A DNA stretch of 53,513 nt, filler included, from Dimargaris cristalligena (taxonomy: Eukaryota): assembly GCA_003614675.1 (NCBI GenBank). It is 2 parts of 2 records of this genome, joined end to end, with 100 filler letters (N's around TTAATTAATTAA, not from the genome) between each part and the next. Parts side by side here need not be neighbours in the genome. Positions count along the whole stretch, not along the records: positions 1 to 26,799 come from ML002536.1; 1 more part is not named here. One strand, written 5' to 3'. The position numbers were made by a program, and so were the translations under genes. Positions 12,293 to 25,142 of the stretch are shown here, piece after piece (position 1 is the first letter of the stretch; the number at the start of each line of letters is the position of its first letter). Below the pieces are notes generated by a model. That model did not search any database. It saw nothing but the letters and a program-made list of their open reading frames with translations, and was not told the DNA's origin.

Positions 12293-13043
12293 AGGGGGAT
12301 AGTGATGATGGAGAGGGACGAACGTGAAGACTATCGATGGAGAAAGAGGGGTGGTGGTGGTGTGGATAATTATAATCCCTAACCCTTTCTTCCTTCTCTG
12401 ATTTTAACATTCACACATATATTTTCTTACAGAACATGTTAATATATATTTATAAAAATGCCGTTTGAAAGCTATCTATTGAACCTCCTCCGTTCAACAA
12501 CCACCAACCCATATCCCACTCACCCATATCTCTCCCTCACGCTATATATACATACATACCTTGACATACATACACACACACATCTCTCTCGATAACCCAC
12601 GATATTCATGTGTTCCTAATTGAACTTAATTTTGATTTACATAAAATGGGCACCACTCTACATTCATATACACCGTGCAAACACTGATCCTGGTATTTGA
12701 GGAGAAATAATACGACTTCTTCCGGATGGATACGCTAGAAATGCTAAAACGAAAACTCGAGGCTCATTACTTGTGCAACTATTTCTCTCTCCACACGAAT
12801 TGTATCTAATCGATGAGGTGATTTCGATAATTGTGAACCAAACGTTGTCGTTATTCATTTATAAATAATAATTAACATGGGGGAGGAGGGGGATGGAGAA
12901 ATGTTCCATTTGGTGTCCCCCCGCTTTCCCAGTCTAGTTAAAGATATCGCGGGTGGATAGTTTAGTATACTCTACTATTTTCCTTACTCCCTTCATTTTT
13001 TTTCCCAATTGGGGAACACATGTCTGTGATGAAAAGAGCTAGC

Positions 13044-15155
13044 TTATTTGGTCACTTCGTACATGGCTTCAGCCAGGTACTTGACGTTGTTGGACGAAAT
13101 ACCGGCCATGGAAATACGGCCATCCTTGGTCAGATACACGTGGAAGTCAGCGGTCAAACGGGCCACTTCGGCAGGGGTCAGGCCGGTGAAGCAGAACATA
13201 CCGATTTGGTTCGTGATATGGTCCCAGTTACGCTTGCTGCCGAAGTCATTGACGAGGTGGTCGTGGAGCCGGGTACGCATGGTGATGATCCGGTCGGCCA
13301 TGCCCTTGACTTCGGTGAGCCATTCCCGGTGGAGTTCGGGGTCGCTCAGGACTTCGTTAACGAGACGGGCGCCGTTCATGGGCGGGTTGGAGTACATGGG
13401 CCGGATGAGGATTTTGAGTTGGGATTCCACGGCGGCCTTTTGCTTGGGGTCCTGGGTGACGATGGAGAAGGCCCCGACCCGCTCGCCGTAGAGACCGATG
13501 TTCTTGGCGAAGGACTGGGCCAGCGCCACGGGGTGACCGGCGGCCACGAACTGACGGACGGCCTGGGCGTCGCGGTTAATGTCCCCCGACGCGAACCCCT
13601 GGTACGCCATGTCGAAGAAGCAGAAGTGTTCCCGGTCCCGCAGCACCTCGGAGATGCGCTGCCAGTCGGCCGGGGTCGGGTCCACCCCAGTGGGGTTATG
13701 GGCGCACGCGTGCAGCAAGACGATGGACTTGGGGGGGAGTTGGCCCAGATCCTCGAGCATACCGGCCAGGTCCAGGCCGTTGGTGGTCTTGTCGAAGTAA
13801 CGGTACTGACCGACCTCCAGGCCGGAATCCCGGAAAATGGGGGTGTGGTTGCCCCACGAGGGGGTGGGGAGGTAGATTTTTTTGGCGTGGGGGTAGAACC
13901 GGGCGAGGAATTCACCACCGATGCGAAGGGCGCCCGTTCCGGAAATGGACTGGGTGGCGGCAATGCGACCGGCAGCGAGGACGGGGCAGTTCTCGCCGTA
14001 GGCCAGCTTGGCGGCCTGTTGGACGAAGGTGGGGAGGCCGGTGATGCCGAGGTACTCCTTGTCGAGCAGGTTGCCCAGGATGCGGTGCTCGGCCTGGTAT
14101 ATGGGAATGAGAGAGGGTAGGGTAGGGCAGTCACGGGCGAGTAAAGAAGGGGGACTGATTAGGGGTGGAGTGTGAATATTTGGGGGGGTGGTACGGGGAA
14201 ATGGAGGCCACGTAACACCAGCTGTTTTGGTCTCTAGCCCTTTCCTTAACCATAGGCACTGGCTTGGGTTTAGGAGGACTAGCCATTTCCGCCGGCCCGC
14301 TCTCCTTCTTCCCCGCCTACGCAATTATCCCAACGGTGCGGGGCCGGGGAGGGGGAAAGAAAGGAAGGGGAGAGGAAGAAGGAGAAGGATGGACCCTGGA
14401 GATGGTGGGCTCTTCCTCCAGCCAGCCTAAATAAACAACAGTGTGCCAATAATGATAGGTTGAGCTTAACCACCCTCCTAGTGTGGTATAATAGGGTGCC
14501 CCTTAGGGTCTCCGCCCTTGGCTATAGTGGAGACTCTACACACCGTCCAATAATACTACTTGCCTTGCGCACACAGCTAAGCACGTAGGGTTTGCCTTGG
14601 TCATCACGGTAGGCACCCACGCCGAGGTTCATCTTGCGGGGATCCTGGTCGGCCTTGAAGGCCTCGGTGACCCCGAGAATGGCATCGGGCGGACCTGCCA
14701 GGGGTTATAACGTAGAAGGTAAGTCGTCAGTCAGGTTATATATAATATATATATAGGGGATACTAGATTAGCGCAGGGAACAATTTCTGCAGGAGACGGG
14801 AGGCGGTATAACCACTTTTTTCTCCTTGTGACCGGTGCCAGAAGGGCCCCAAAGTAGCTGGCATAGGGCAGCGCGGGATGGGCCGAGCCATTCCCGCCAG
14901 CAGGAGGGTGAATCAGCCGACGGACCCGCTATTGCTTCAGCCTTTTATGCCAGGAAACCCAAAAGGACAATACGGCTGTGGCCCAAATAGAGAGAACCCT
15001 GGCCCTTCGGCTGTGGTAGCTGACAGCGAATACTTACCCTGCTGGACCTGGGCCCAGGTGGAGGACGGGGCCGAAGCCATGCGGGGGAGCTGGGCCCGGG
15101 TCACTCGGGACCAGGCCGACTGGCGGACAGCAGTGCGAGACAAAGCAGACAGCAT
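13044..15155 (-). CDS. AAT1: Mitochondrial aspartate aminotransferase; exons 15038-15155, 14564-14694, 13044-14093 (~432 aa)
   Basis: Arg/Ser-rich presequence [17 protein letters not shown]. Motifs [42 protein letters not shown] lysine [14 protein letters not shown] and DGRISMAG. Intron 2 needs a GC donor. Confidence 0.95.
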
Positions 15156-16161
15156 GGTGGGAATGAGATAGAATGTGGTGTGTGTAAGGGATAGGGGAAG
15201 TCCTGAGAGTGAGGAGCAGTCGGATATAAGAGAAACCCAGAATCACGGCAAGGTGGGACAGGAAGCAGATGCAAGTCTCTCTTGGTTGAAGAGGGGGAAA
15301 GGGTGGTGTGGTTGTTGCTTGGGGGGACTTTTTTTTGGGAAGGTGAGTCAAGTGGCTTCCGTAGAAAGAAAGAGACCCACGGAATCACCCGCACAGGTAT
15401 GGGCCGTCGTTCCGGTTTTCTCCTTCGATTTCCCTACTACTATCACCACATGGTCGAGACCTATGCACGCTGGCTGGGCAGTACATGAAGACTGTCATAT
15501 GCATATTCCACAACTGAAAAAACCACCCACTGCGGTGCTGGGAAATGCACCAATCCGATCGGCCTGTGGGTCTGCCAACGCTTTTATAAAATATAGCTAA
15601 TCTGAACTATAATTTGTCCGCTGATGCTACAACGAATTAATTAGTGGTTTGCAAGTTTTTTTTCCTTCCGACTAAAACCCCACCCCGGTAGCCTAATTAT
15701 AGACCATCATAAGAAATCTATAATGGTCTATGGGAAATAATCAGAAGGTAGGCCCCGAGAATTGCCCTGGAACTCCTGCACGTTGCGCGCATGGGCCACA
15801 CACACACTCTCTCTCTTTCAATAGCTAAATTAGAAATACTCATTGCCAAAGCTGGAACTAACCACCCGTCTAAACTCATAAATACGTCCAGTCCCGGAAC
15901 AGGCCCACTGGAAAAACCCAGGGTTGCCTGGAATCGTCTGTTTCAAGGAATCCTACCACTACCCAGGTATACGGAGGGGAGTACGTAACCATTATAAGTT
16001 GTACATTATATATGATCCCCACTTCTTCTATTACTCGAGGTCAGTTCGACGGACAGGCTCACATATGGGTATCCGCTGGTGTGTTGGGCATACTTCATTT
16101 AAATTCCCCCGGCTGGTAATAAAATGTAAGGTTTATGGCTAGCTCGTCCAATAATTTAATC

Positions 16162-18049
16162 TCATCGGTGTAGATCGTCCGTCCCCGTTTGACTGCCGTA
16201 AACTTCATTTTCAACAATGGTTAATATGTGAGGGTCATTTACATACATGCTGAACTTCAATAGCTCCCTGTTAGGTGGCGCCGGCCCCATATCCACCCAC
16301 TCGTTGTTAACTGTAGCCCCAGTTGCGGAAAGCGGCACGAGCATAGCCACGCCCATATGGAAGCCACCTTTCTCACTAAGGCTGAGCTGCTCAATAAAAT
16401 GCAGACCTTCCAGCAGGTTCATTCGATTCACGGGGGACCCTCCCTCCTCCTCCTGCTGCACCAACACCCCGACCACTACCATCCCCGGGCTAGCGCATTC
16501 CAAAACCGTTTCCAGAAACGCCGCCCCTCGCGGCAAGTCCAATGCCCGCATGGTATCGGCCACCGCACACGTTTCCGCTCGTGTCCGGTCCGGAATATCG
16601 GGTGGCGAGCCCAATGTCGGTAAGCCGTGTAACTGGATCAGCAGCTCCCGCTGGTGGGTCATGGCCGCCAAAATAATACCCAGCCACCGCAACAGTCTGG
16701 CCGTTTCAGCATGGACTTCGGGCGACCTAACCGATTCCGACCCGCCACTGTCTACCGCCATACGTGACACACCCTCTACGAATGCGTACAGTGCAGCGTA
16801 GCGTCCCCGCATAGCTAGGCGGGCCATCATCAAGGCCGCGGTAGTGGTGAACAAACTATTGTACAACCGGAAAGTCTCACGTCGAATAGGCTTTCGAGGC
16901 TCGGTAATCCACTCCTGCAGTGGACCGTCATTGTCATCCTCAGCCGACGGAGGGTCCGTTTGATTCCAACCCGTGCACTGTCGGGCGATGCGCACAAAGA
17001 ACGCATCCATCAGTATCTCAAATACCCCAAACGGACTGATACCACTGGTTTGGTCGTCCACCAGGGTCAAAAGGGGAAGTTGGTCCGCCAAATCATGGGC
17101 GGATAACTGGTCCAGATTGACGAACCGCCACGCCCCTAATTCAAAAATAGGATGGTTCCGGGCGCTCTTAAGAAACCTATAGAGGTGGATAAAATCAAAA
17201 TCATCTCCCGTCAGTTCGGTAAAAAGGGGTATCATTTGCGGATTCCAAGAGATCCAGCCCTATTGGTCAAACGCTTGGCTGTAAAGGTTACCCGCTATTT
17301 GGTTATGAAGGAGTCGGTGCCAAATTTGAAGCAGGCCTTGTATTTTGGCCGTAGGATAGTGTTCTAACATGGTACTGTTGGCGATGCGATACCAAGCACG
17401 CATAATAGCACCGACCAAGCCATGTGGCTGCTGATGAGCCCGATGGGGCTCAATCTGGCGCTGTAAGTATGTGAGTTGTGCCTACAATGTCCAAGACGTG
17501 GTGTCGTTGGATAAATATAAATAAATATACATAGAAGATTATAACCACGATGTGAGTATGTGGCAGTCAACAGCATTGATCGATGAAGGAACCATAGCCA
17601 TTATCTGCCTTTTCTTATTCAGTAAATGATTCAAAATAATACTTTACCATTGCATGCAAATTCCAGTGACTCTGCGTGAAAGCGGCCAGTTTACGTGTAG
17701 TGCGCAGTAGTTAGGGAGTCGACTCCAAGTCGTACGCATAGTACGTAATCCTTTGGAGTATCTCATTGGGCATACTAGATAATAGATCCGTCGGTATACG
17801 GCCCTCGGTCAAGGCGGGCCTAGTCGAAGCAACTGGTATCTCATCAGGCTTAGCGAGATCAGCAGTATCATTGCTAGCTGGAGTGGAAGCGACACAAGGC
17901 AGCACTGTCGATATGCCCATATCTGGCTGATTGACTGCGTTGTCCGGTGAACTGCGGGCAGTGTGTAGGTAGGGACTGACGAGGGATGCAATAATGCTCG
18001 ACATACTACCGAACGCTAGTCCCACTCTAATAAACCTAATCAGATGCAT
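16162..18049 (-). pseudogene. Putative secreted F-box-like protein gene with in-frame stops; exons ~17648-18049 and 16162-17460
   Basis: Hydrophobic N-terminus, then F-box-like LSSMPNEILQRITYYAYDLESTP*LLRTTRKLAAF, which reads through TAA at 17711-17713. Donor ATG|GTAAAG at 17647 and acceptor TTACAG at 17461 put exon 2 in frame with the 357-aa ORF, apart from a TAG at 17260-17262. Confidence 0.55.
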
Positions 18050-21000
18050 TAGCGAGAGCCTTAGGGTGAAGAATGGTGTTCACGTTTCTAATATTAAGGC
18101 GGCGGTGAAAACCAAAAGGGACGCCCCCACGAGGTTAGGTCAACTGTAAATAGACTAAACGGCAAAGTAAAATAGGGCGAACTAAATAAACCGATAATTA
18201 GGCACAAGCATGCTAAGATTAAATAAATAGTAGAATGCCTCTAAATAAAAGATGCAGGATCGCCAATGGGGGTAGGTCTATCAGGGTGATAGCCTTACTT
18301 AAATATTTGATAGACGAGCATGCCTCATCAGCGGACTACCCTGCCAACTACGAACTAAAGGCAAGTTGGGGGGAAATGATTAAAAGAAAGGGGTATACGA
18401 GTCGTGCGACTCCCAATTAATCCACTCGGCCGTATTTCCAAGAGTGCACTGAGGGTGCACAAGCCGGGCGACTAAGGCACTGGTTAGTGGTACTAGGAGG
18501 TGGCACACAATGCTTGATGGGCCACTTCTCTCATTCCTGAATACATTCCGAAGTATTAGGAAGCATACACAATAATAGGCAATTCATAGCGTCCGCATAA
18601 GATAATGGTACTTCGGCATGCTGTTTACTTTTGAAAGTCTTGGACGAAGAGGTCAACTTTCATCCCATAGCTGGTATCTAAAAATAACATTTCCTCAGTC
18701 ATAGGTATTGGGGTTGTGACGGGGTAAAACCACACCGTAAATCAAAATATTCTGCCTGGATATAAAGAGGGACACTGCCTGAAATTTGCGCCAATTAAAT
18801 CATGGCTTAAACTTCAAGGCTGTCTCTATAATAATTCAATTTAATACATTTTTCAAACCCCCCCCCCCACGTCCTACTTGTCAAGACAATAGACCCAGAT
18901 GAACCGCTCTACCCATAAATTTGATGAAAGCGACGCGAATAACGATTATAACAATACCAAGTAGCAGCCATTATACTTATAACCCCCTAAGGAAGACTCT
19001 GTAATTGTAACTTAAAGTGGCCAAAAGTGGCAAGTTAGGTTCATCGGACATTCGATAATTTGCGCGCCGGCTGATACAAGTATGTTTTCCGAATATATTA
19101 CTAGTCACTAATAATCGTGGCTTGATCGATACAGAGCTCGCATAGTGACCAAATCACTCCCAGCTTCGTTACTCTGCGCAATATTTTTAGTCGCTTAAAC
19201 CCCCAATTAATCTACGCACACCAACGTTTTGTTAAATATGCCGATGTTCTACGTCTTAGGACCGACTGGTTCATGTAACCATGTCTTTGTAATACTAACC
19301 CTGGACCGTTTCTATGTATTTTTTAACTTCAATACTAGTACCAAAATTACCTATGTAAATGGCTAGGTAAACTATTCCAATGCCATTTTAAATATATTCA
19401 AATGTACAGTAGACATGAAAACTATTCGGCTGTGACTATATCAGTTTTCGTTGCCTATCCCATTAGACCTAAGAAGTTAAGCCCCGACCACTTAGTTTAT
19501 TGTCGAGCTGGGTGACCCCTTGTGAATAGGCAATACAAAGCCCGGGCTAGTTTATTTACCACGTATATGCGTATATTTACTGTCCTCCAAGGTAGTTTAA
19601 ATTATTTATATTATGGGTGTAATTTAATATGGTAGTATGTCACTATAAATGAACTGTACATGGGAAAGCCTGTGATAAATATATTGTTAACCAAAAAAGG
19701 GCGCCTTATTCTGCGGGCTTTTCGTAATACAACCGGACTGAGCCTTTCCCTAATTGAGTTTATAGTTCTCATATACTTAATCTGACTGTATATACCAAGC
19801 AAACCCCATGGTTTTGCTACCCCACCGTCATTTCGTTCCAACCAGGCCATCTTGTTGATATTTTTGGACGAACTGTTATGGATTTGCCGTGGTCTAAAGG
19901 GAAAGTAGTACAAGAGGTGAGGAACACCAAGTTAACAGTCAGAAAGTTCATAAGGCTTTATCTAGTTCTTGGAATACATGAGCGGTTATTCGACCATGTA
20001 CTTATCAAAACGGGGAACTCTCAGCGAATATGGTCTGTTCTAAATAATACCGATGCCCTTAGACAAGTGAATGTCCCAAACATTAATAAGAGGGCTTTGT
20101 CCCATTGGTACAGCCCTAATGCGGCTTGACTGGGGTGTACATTCCCAAAGTAGACAGAGCGCTGCTATACACTTATACGTGGGTTGGGGAAGGGTACCAT
20201 GGTCTATCACCTCGTTTTATGTAAATACGTAGGGGGATGATTAGGCACCAGGAATATGCCCCTTTTTGGCGGGGGATGGTAAGCGAAAAGACATCTATAT
20301 TAAATAAAATTTCGTTGACTTATTCACCATACTACGCCAGCGTAGTTACTAAATTATAACAATGATTTATTTCGACTCCACGTGGTATTAAGGATAAGGA
20401 TAAGTATTTTTGCTAACCAATTACGTGTGCAGTATGACAAGGCCCGGGAAGGGCTCACCTTTCGTGGGCCAAGTCTTTTGAAGTCTCGGCGAAGAAGGTC
20501 TTCAGGGATTCACCCAAACCCCGCCCAATGGAAAGCCCGATCAAATTAAATGTGCAGACTTGGAAACGGCAGGTGTGGAAATAGATAAGCCAAACAATAG
20601 ACAGAAAGGGGAACCGGTTGAAAGTATAGCCGGTGGGAAGATTAGGAGTAACCCTTTGTGACCCACAATTGGGAAAACCGTCTTGGCGATGATTGTGATT
20701 ACTCTCGATCCCCCCTTCCCCATATTCCCTAAGTCCGACGGTTTAAAAATGGGAAAGTTATTATTAGTCTGAGAGGTTTTCTAAGCTGGGGTCTGTAGGT
20801 CCGCCAAGGCAAGAATATCCCTCCTGCTACGTCACCAATGAATACTAATCAGTCTCTTGTTGACTAAAAGGAGGCGATATTCGGCTGATTAATTAGCCTT
20901 GCTGACTGAGAGACAAAAGAAAATCACTCAAGTTTGGGGGGGGGGTAACAGCCAATAAACCACGACTGTGACGGGCGTGATCGGAAACTCCGCCGAACTA

Positions 21001-21334
21001 ACAAGGTGCCTCTGAAGGGGTATTCCCTGCAGGCTGAGTACACTACTCCTATCCTACCCGTATCGTCCACATCACTATCTAAATTATCTTCGGACATTGC
21101 CCTACCTACTCGTTTTCTATATAATCTCTCTCACCTGCCCCCTCTTTTAACATTCATGATATTAACCACTTCAGCCACTACCTGACTTTTTAAGTCCCCC
21201 GAAAAACCTTATACTTGTCTCTCCTTTTCAGTTTTGTTCAGCTGATATAGTGCGATAATTCTTGCCTGTATCGCCTTTTAAAAATAACCTTTCCCCTCTA
21301 GGCCTATTTTCCAATTCATTGGTCCGTATTTACC

Positions 21335-22943
21335 ATGTCTGCGAACACCACCACCACTGCTAAGTCCGACGGCACCGGTCCCGCAGCTCCCCATAGCCAC
21401 AATATCAGGGACTCCACCACTGACCCCCGCGACTTCCTCGTATCCCAGTGCCCACCCGCCGGAACTGCTGTTGAGCCCACGCAGGCGCTCATCAACCAGG
21501 GGTTCGCCAAGCCGGATAAATATGGCGATAACCTGCCTCTTCTATTTACCCCCCTCAAACTGCGCAACCTCACTTTACGCAATCGTGTCGTGCTGTCCCC
21601 AATGTAAGTGCGTTTCATCAACCTTTCCCGCCGTTATTTTAAAAAGAGTCACAATCTTAATTGATATTTGCCCCCTTGTCTGCGAACATAGCATATTAGA
21701 TGGTTCTGGGGACTGATGTTTTAGTAGATTCCCGTAAATGCTGTCACGTTGGCAAGCCATATATATATATATATATATTTAAAAAATACACTATACTAAT
21801 AGTGAATCCTACTTAACCGATTTTTATTATTACTCTATCGTCTACGATGTTGCCCCTCCCCTTCCCCACACCTACAGGTGCCAGTACTCCTGTGAGGATG
21901 GGTTTGTCACGGATTGGCATCTCGTGCATTTGGGTGGTTTCGCCGTCCGTGGTACCGGTCTTATCATGACCGAGGCCACCGGTGTTTTGCCTAACGGACG
22001 CATCACTCCCTATTGTGCCGGCCTTTGGAAAGACGAGCACATTGCCCCCTGGGAACGCGTGGTCAAATTTGTTCATTCGCAGGGCGCCCCCATTGGTATC
22101 CAACTGGCCCACGCGGGTCGTAAAGCATCCACGTTCCCCCTCTTTTTCCCCGCATCCCGCGAGGCCGCCAGTCCCAGGGAAGGCGGTTGGACCGAAGGCC
22201 AGGGGAGTAGCGCCGACACCGTGTGGGGTCCCACGGACGAACCCTGGGGTCCCCACGGGATGTCCCAGCCCCACGCCATGACGTTGGCGGAAATCGAAGA
22301 GGTCAAACTGGCTTTCCGGGACGCGGCCGGCCGAGCGGCTAAAGCAGGCTTCGACGTGATTGAAATTCACGCCGCCCACGGATACTTGCTCCACTCGTTC
22401 CTGTCCCCCATATCCAACCGCCGTACCGATCACTACGGCGGCAGTTTCGAAAACCGCGTGCGGTTATTGTTGGAAATCATTGCAGCCATCCGTTCGGTGT
22501 GGTCCGATGAAAAACCTCTCTTTGTGCGGGTATCCGCTACCGACTGGGTGGAAGGTGAAGGCTGGGATAGTGGCCAGACTATTCAATTGGCCCAGTGCCT
22601 GGCTAACCTCGGCACCGTGGACTTATTCGACGTTTCCACCGGAGGTAACACTCCACGCCAGAAAATTTCCGCCGGGCCTCTGTTCCAGGTACCCTTCTCC
22701 GCTCAGATTAAACAGGCCGTGCCGAGCTCAAAATTGCGGACGGGTACGGTGGGTATCATTACCAAGGGTCAGGAAGCCGAGGAGATCTTGCAGAAGGGGG
22801 AGGCCGATTTAATCATTTTGGGCCGGGCCTTCCTGCGTGATCCCTCGTGGGTCTTGAGGGCCGCTCATGAATTGGGCGTGTACGTGGAATGGCCCCAACA
22901 GTACATTAGAGGCCGCCCGAAGCTGTACTATCCCACTTTTTAA
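21335..22943 (+). CDS. NADH:flavin oxidoreductase / old yellow enzyme, YqjM(NamA)-like subclass; exons 21335-21603, 21878-22943 (~444 aa)
   Basis: Splicing gives LRNRVVLSPM|CQYS. Also GIQLAHAGRKAS, GFDVIEIHAAHGYLLHSFLSP, DHYGGSFENR and GRAFLRDPSW. Intron is GTAAGT...CAG with a TACTAAT branch-like site. Confidence 0.94.
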
Positions 22944-24651
22944 ATTGAAACAGCTGAGTAGGATTATTTCTTAAACATCTCATTTGACTGTAGTCATACT
23001 TTGGTAATGAAAGACAACCACTGATTATGATGCTATCGAAGACAACATTCTCTATATGGGGAATTTTCAGTCTACCTTCTCAGGATATAACCGCCTCAAT
23101 ATATCTACCATTTCATTAGACCTTGTAATAAATTATTATATTCTTTACACCGCCGACACTGTTATTTGAATTGTAGGGACCTGGGCGATACGATGTAATC
23201 GGAAAAAAATCACCGGGTTAGTATGCCAAACGATTCAAGATACGACTGGCTTAATCGTAGGGTACTCGGGAACGGAAGGTGTTAACGGGGTTTGGACAGG
23301 TGAGTCAGGTGATAGAGGGGGGATATGGGATACTTATGGGATTTATACTTACCGACCTTCTGAGCTGGAGACTGGGCGACTGTCAAAATGGTGTGTATCA
23401 GTAATAAAATATCTATTGAGGTACTTTAACTAATAACCCAGCCTCACTGTTTGGCTTTAGCATCATGTCGCCGAACGGGGGGATGTTAACGGAGTATATA
23501 GTCATACTTTCAGCACGGATTCACGGTGGGGTCAGTTTCTTACTCATTAAAGACGCAGTGTTTACTGGGCTGTAATATACTGTTTTGGTATTGGGTATAG
23601 TAGCGGTCAATAATGTGTGGAACTAAAAACCAACCTGGAAGAAAGGATCGCTAAATTGGAAGTATCTTTGGTAAATTGTTTATTACGGTGAGACAAAGGG
23701 TATGAAATGATAGGTAAGGTCGGGAAATGGCATACACATACTTTTGAGAAAACTGCCTTTGCAAAGAGGGGTGGGAAGCGACCGATGCTTATAAGTGACT
23801 CTCATTTCAATATTTACACTATTTAACATGTTTTCGGAATAAAAACGATAATTGATCGAGTTAAATATTTCCCAGGGGCGTAGAATGTATTCACAACACT
23901 TGTTATTAAATGGCTCAAATGGGCCAATATCTCGTAAAACACCAATAATTGACGTTCTCACCATACTGGATATTGTCTAAACAGGTAGTCAGGTAGTTTG
24001 CTGTAATTAAAGGCTGTTTGGATACACTATATGCCGGTGGTTTTTATGCTCCGACAATTTGGACATCAAAAATCATTTCAAGGTAATTAGCGAATCAGCA
24101 ATCCGGGTTTGTGTCATCCTCACATGGTCGGTTCTTATGAGTACGGTAAGTGAAAGTGATCCATCTATCTATTTATGGTTTAGTGTATTTAGTTGGTGAA
24201 CGGATTGCACTTGCGTATACAGAATAATATTTAATAATACATAACGAATCGAGCTACAATATAAAGGGATTGCATATTAAGTACCCGAAATATTAAGAGA
24301 AATCGTACAGGTATTGAATAAACCGAATGCATATTGCCGTTAGTTTGCTTATTTGCCGAATCATAGGCAAATTTATATTTCGAATAATAAAATGGAATGG
24401 ACAACGAGGTCCTGTAAAGGGACCGAATACACCAAGAATCCCGACTTTATGAATTTACGAAGTCGAAACGAGTATTTAGAAATTACAAAAATAAGTTTAT
24501 TATCGATAGAAAAACATAATAGCTGAATAAAAGAAGTCAAAAATCATACATGAGTCGAGAAATAAAAGGACATGGCTAAGAAGGCTTGTAATGGAATTCT
24601 CCCCCGCCACACCATGGTTTGTTCAATCGACTACTTTTCTAATGGCTTTAT

Positions 24652-25142
24652 TGTTGAGGGCGCCACCCATCAATACCTTTTGGGTAAGGTATGTGTCGCC
24701 CCTCCTAATCCGTCCTAACCCAACTGCTACGATCACCGTCGTAGCAGGCCGTATAGCGCCATATCGTACCCCCGGCCCTAACAAGGCCAGACATCACTGA
24801 TATCTCCTTACCGGCTAGACCTCCCCGGGTTCGCACTAATCACTCCTAGGTGATCCTAGTGCCTTCCAATTCCCATGGAAGCCCCGCTCATCCGAGGACC
24901 AGCCAGTCCTCCTTATTGTTATCCTCTTAAGTAGTTCCCCCCCGGGACCTCCCCTCGGGTAGACCCTGGCGTATATATAACCGGGCCCCTCTTGGGACTG
25001 GTTAGCAGCTCAGCTTATTCTTACCCCCCATAGTTTACCCAATAAATTCTATATACGCTCACCCCCCGGTACTGACCAGTAAGTGTGCATCAGTGCATGT
25101 CCCCTGCCTACGTAGTATGCTTACTTTATTTAGTTAGTATCA
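24652..25142 (+). mobile_element. Possible solo-LTR-like relic (boundaries uncertain)
   Basis: C-rich block with a TATA-like GTATATATAA (24971) followed by AATAAA (25041). It ends ...TAGTATCA. No target-site duplication found. Confidence 0.22.

Noticed and set aside
13020..14120. 366-aa ORF antisense to the aminotransferase
   Set aside because: Shadow ORF of a codon-biased gene, coextensive with exon 3.
14094..14324. ORF-track N-terminus MRRRGRRR... of the aminotransferase
   Set aside because: Intronic. The real N-terminus comes from the exons at 14564-14694 and 15038-15155.
15699..15731. 9-bp inverted repeat ATAGACCAT/ATGGTCTAT
   Set aside because: Short and isolated, with no TSD or other copies; could be chance.
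17431..17456. CTGATGA followed by a short stem (hammerhead-like)
   Set aside because: No GAAA after stem II and no stems I/III.
17260..17713. TAA/TAG reassignment to sense (alternative genetic code)
   Set aside because: Conserved genes in the window terminate at TAA (RSP5, SCP160, AAT1) or TAG (VPS26) and have no internal stops.
20441..20470. Imperfect GC-rich hairpin GGCCC...GGGCC
   Set aside because: Isolated, with no Helitron-type CTRR end or other context.
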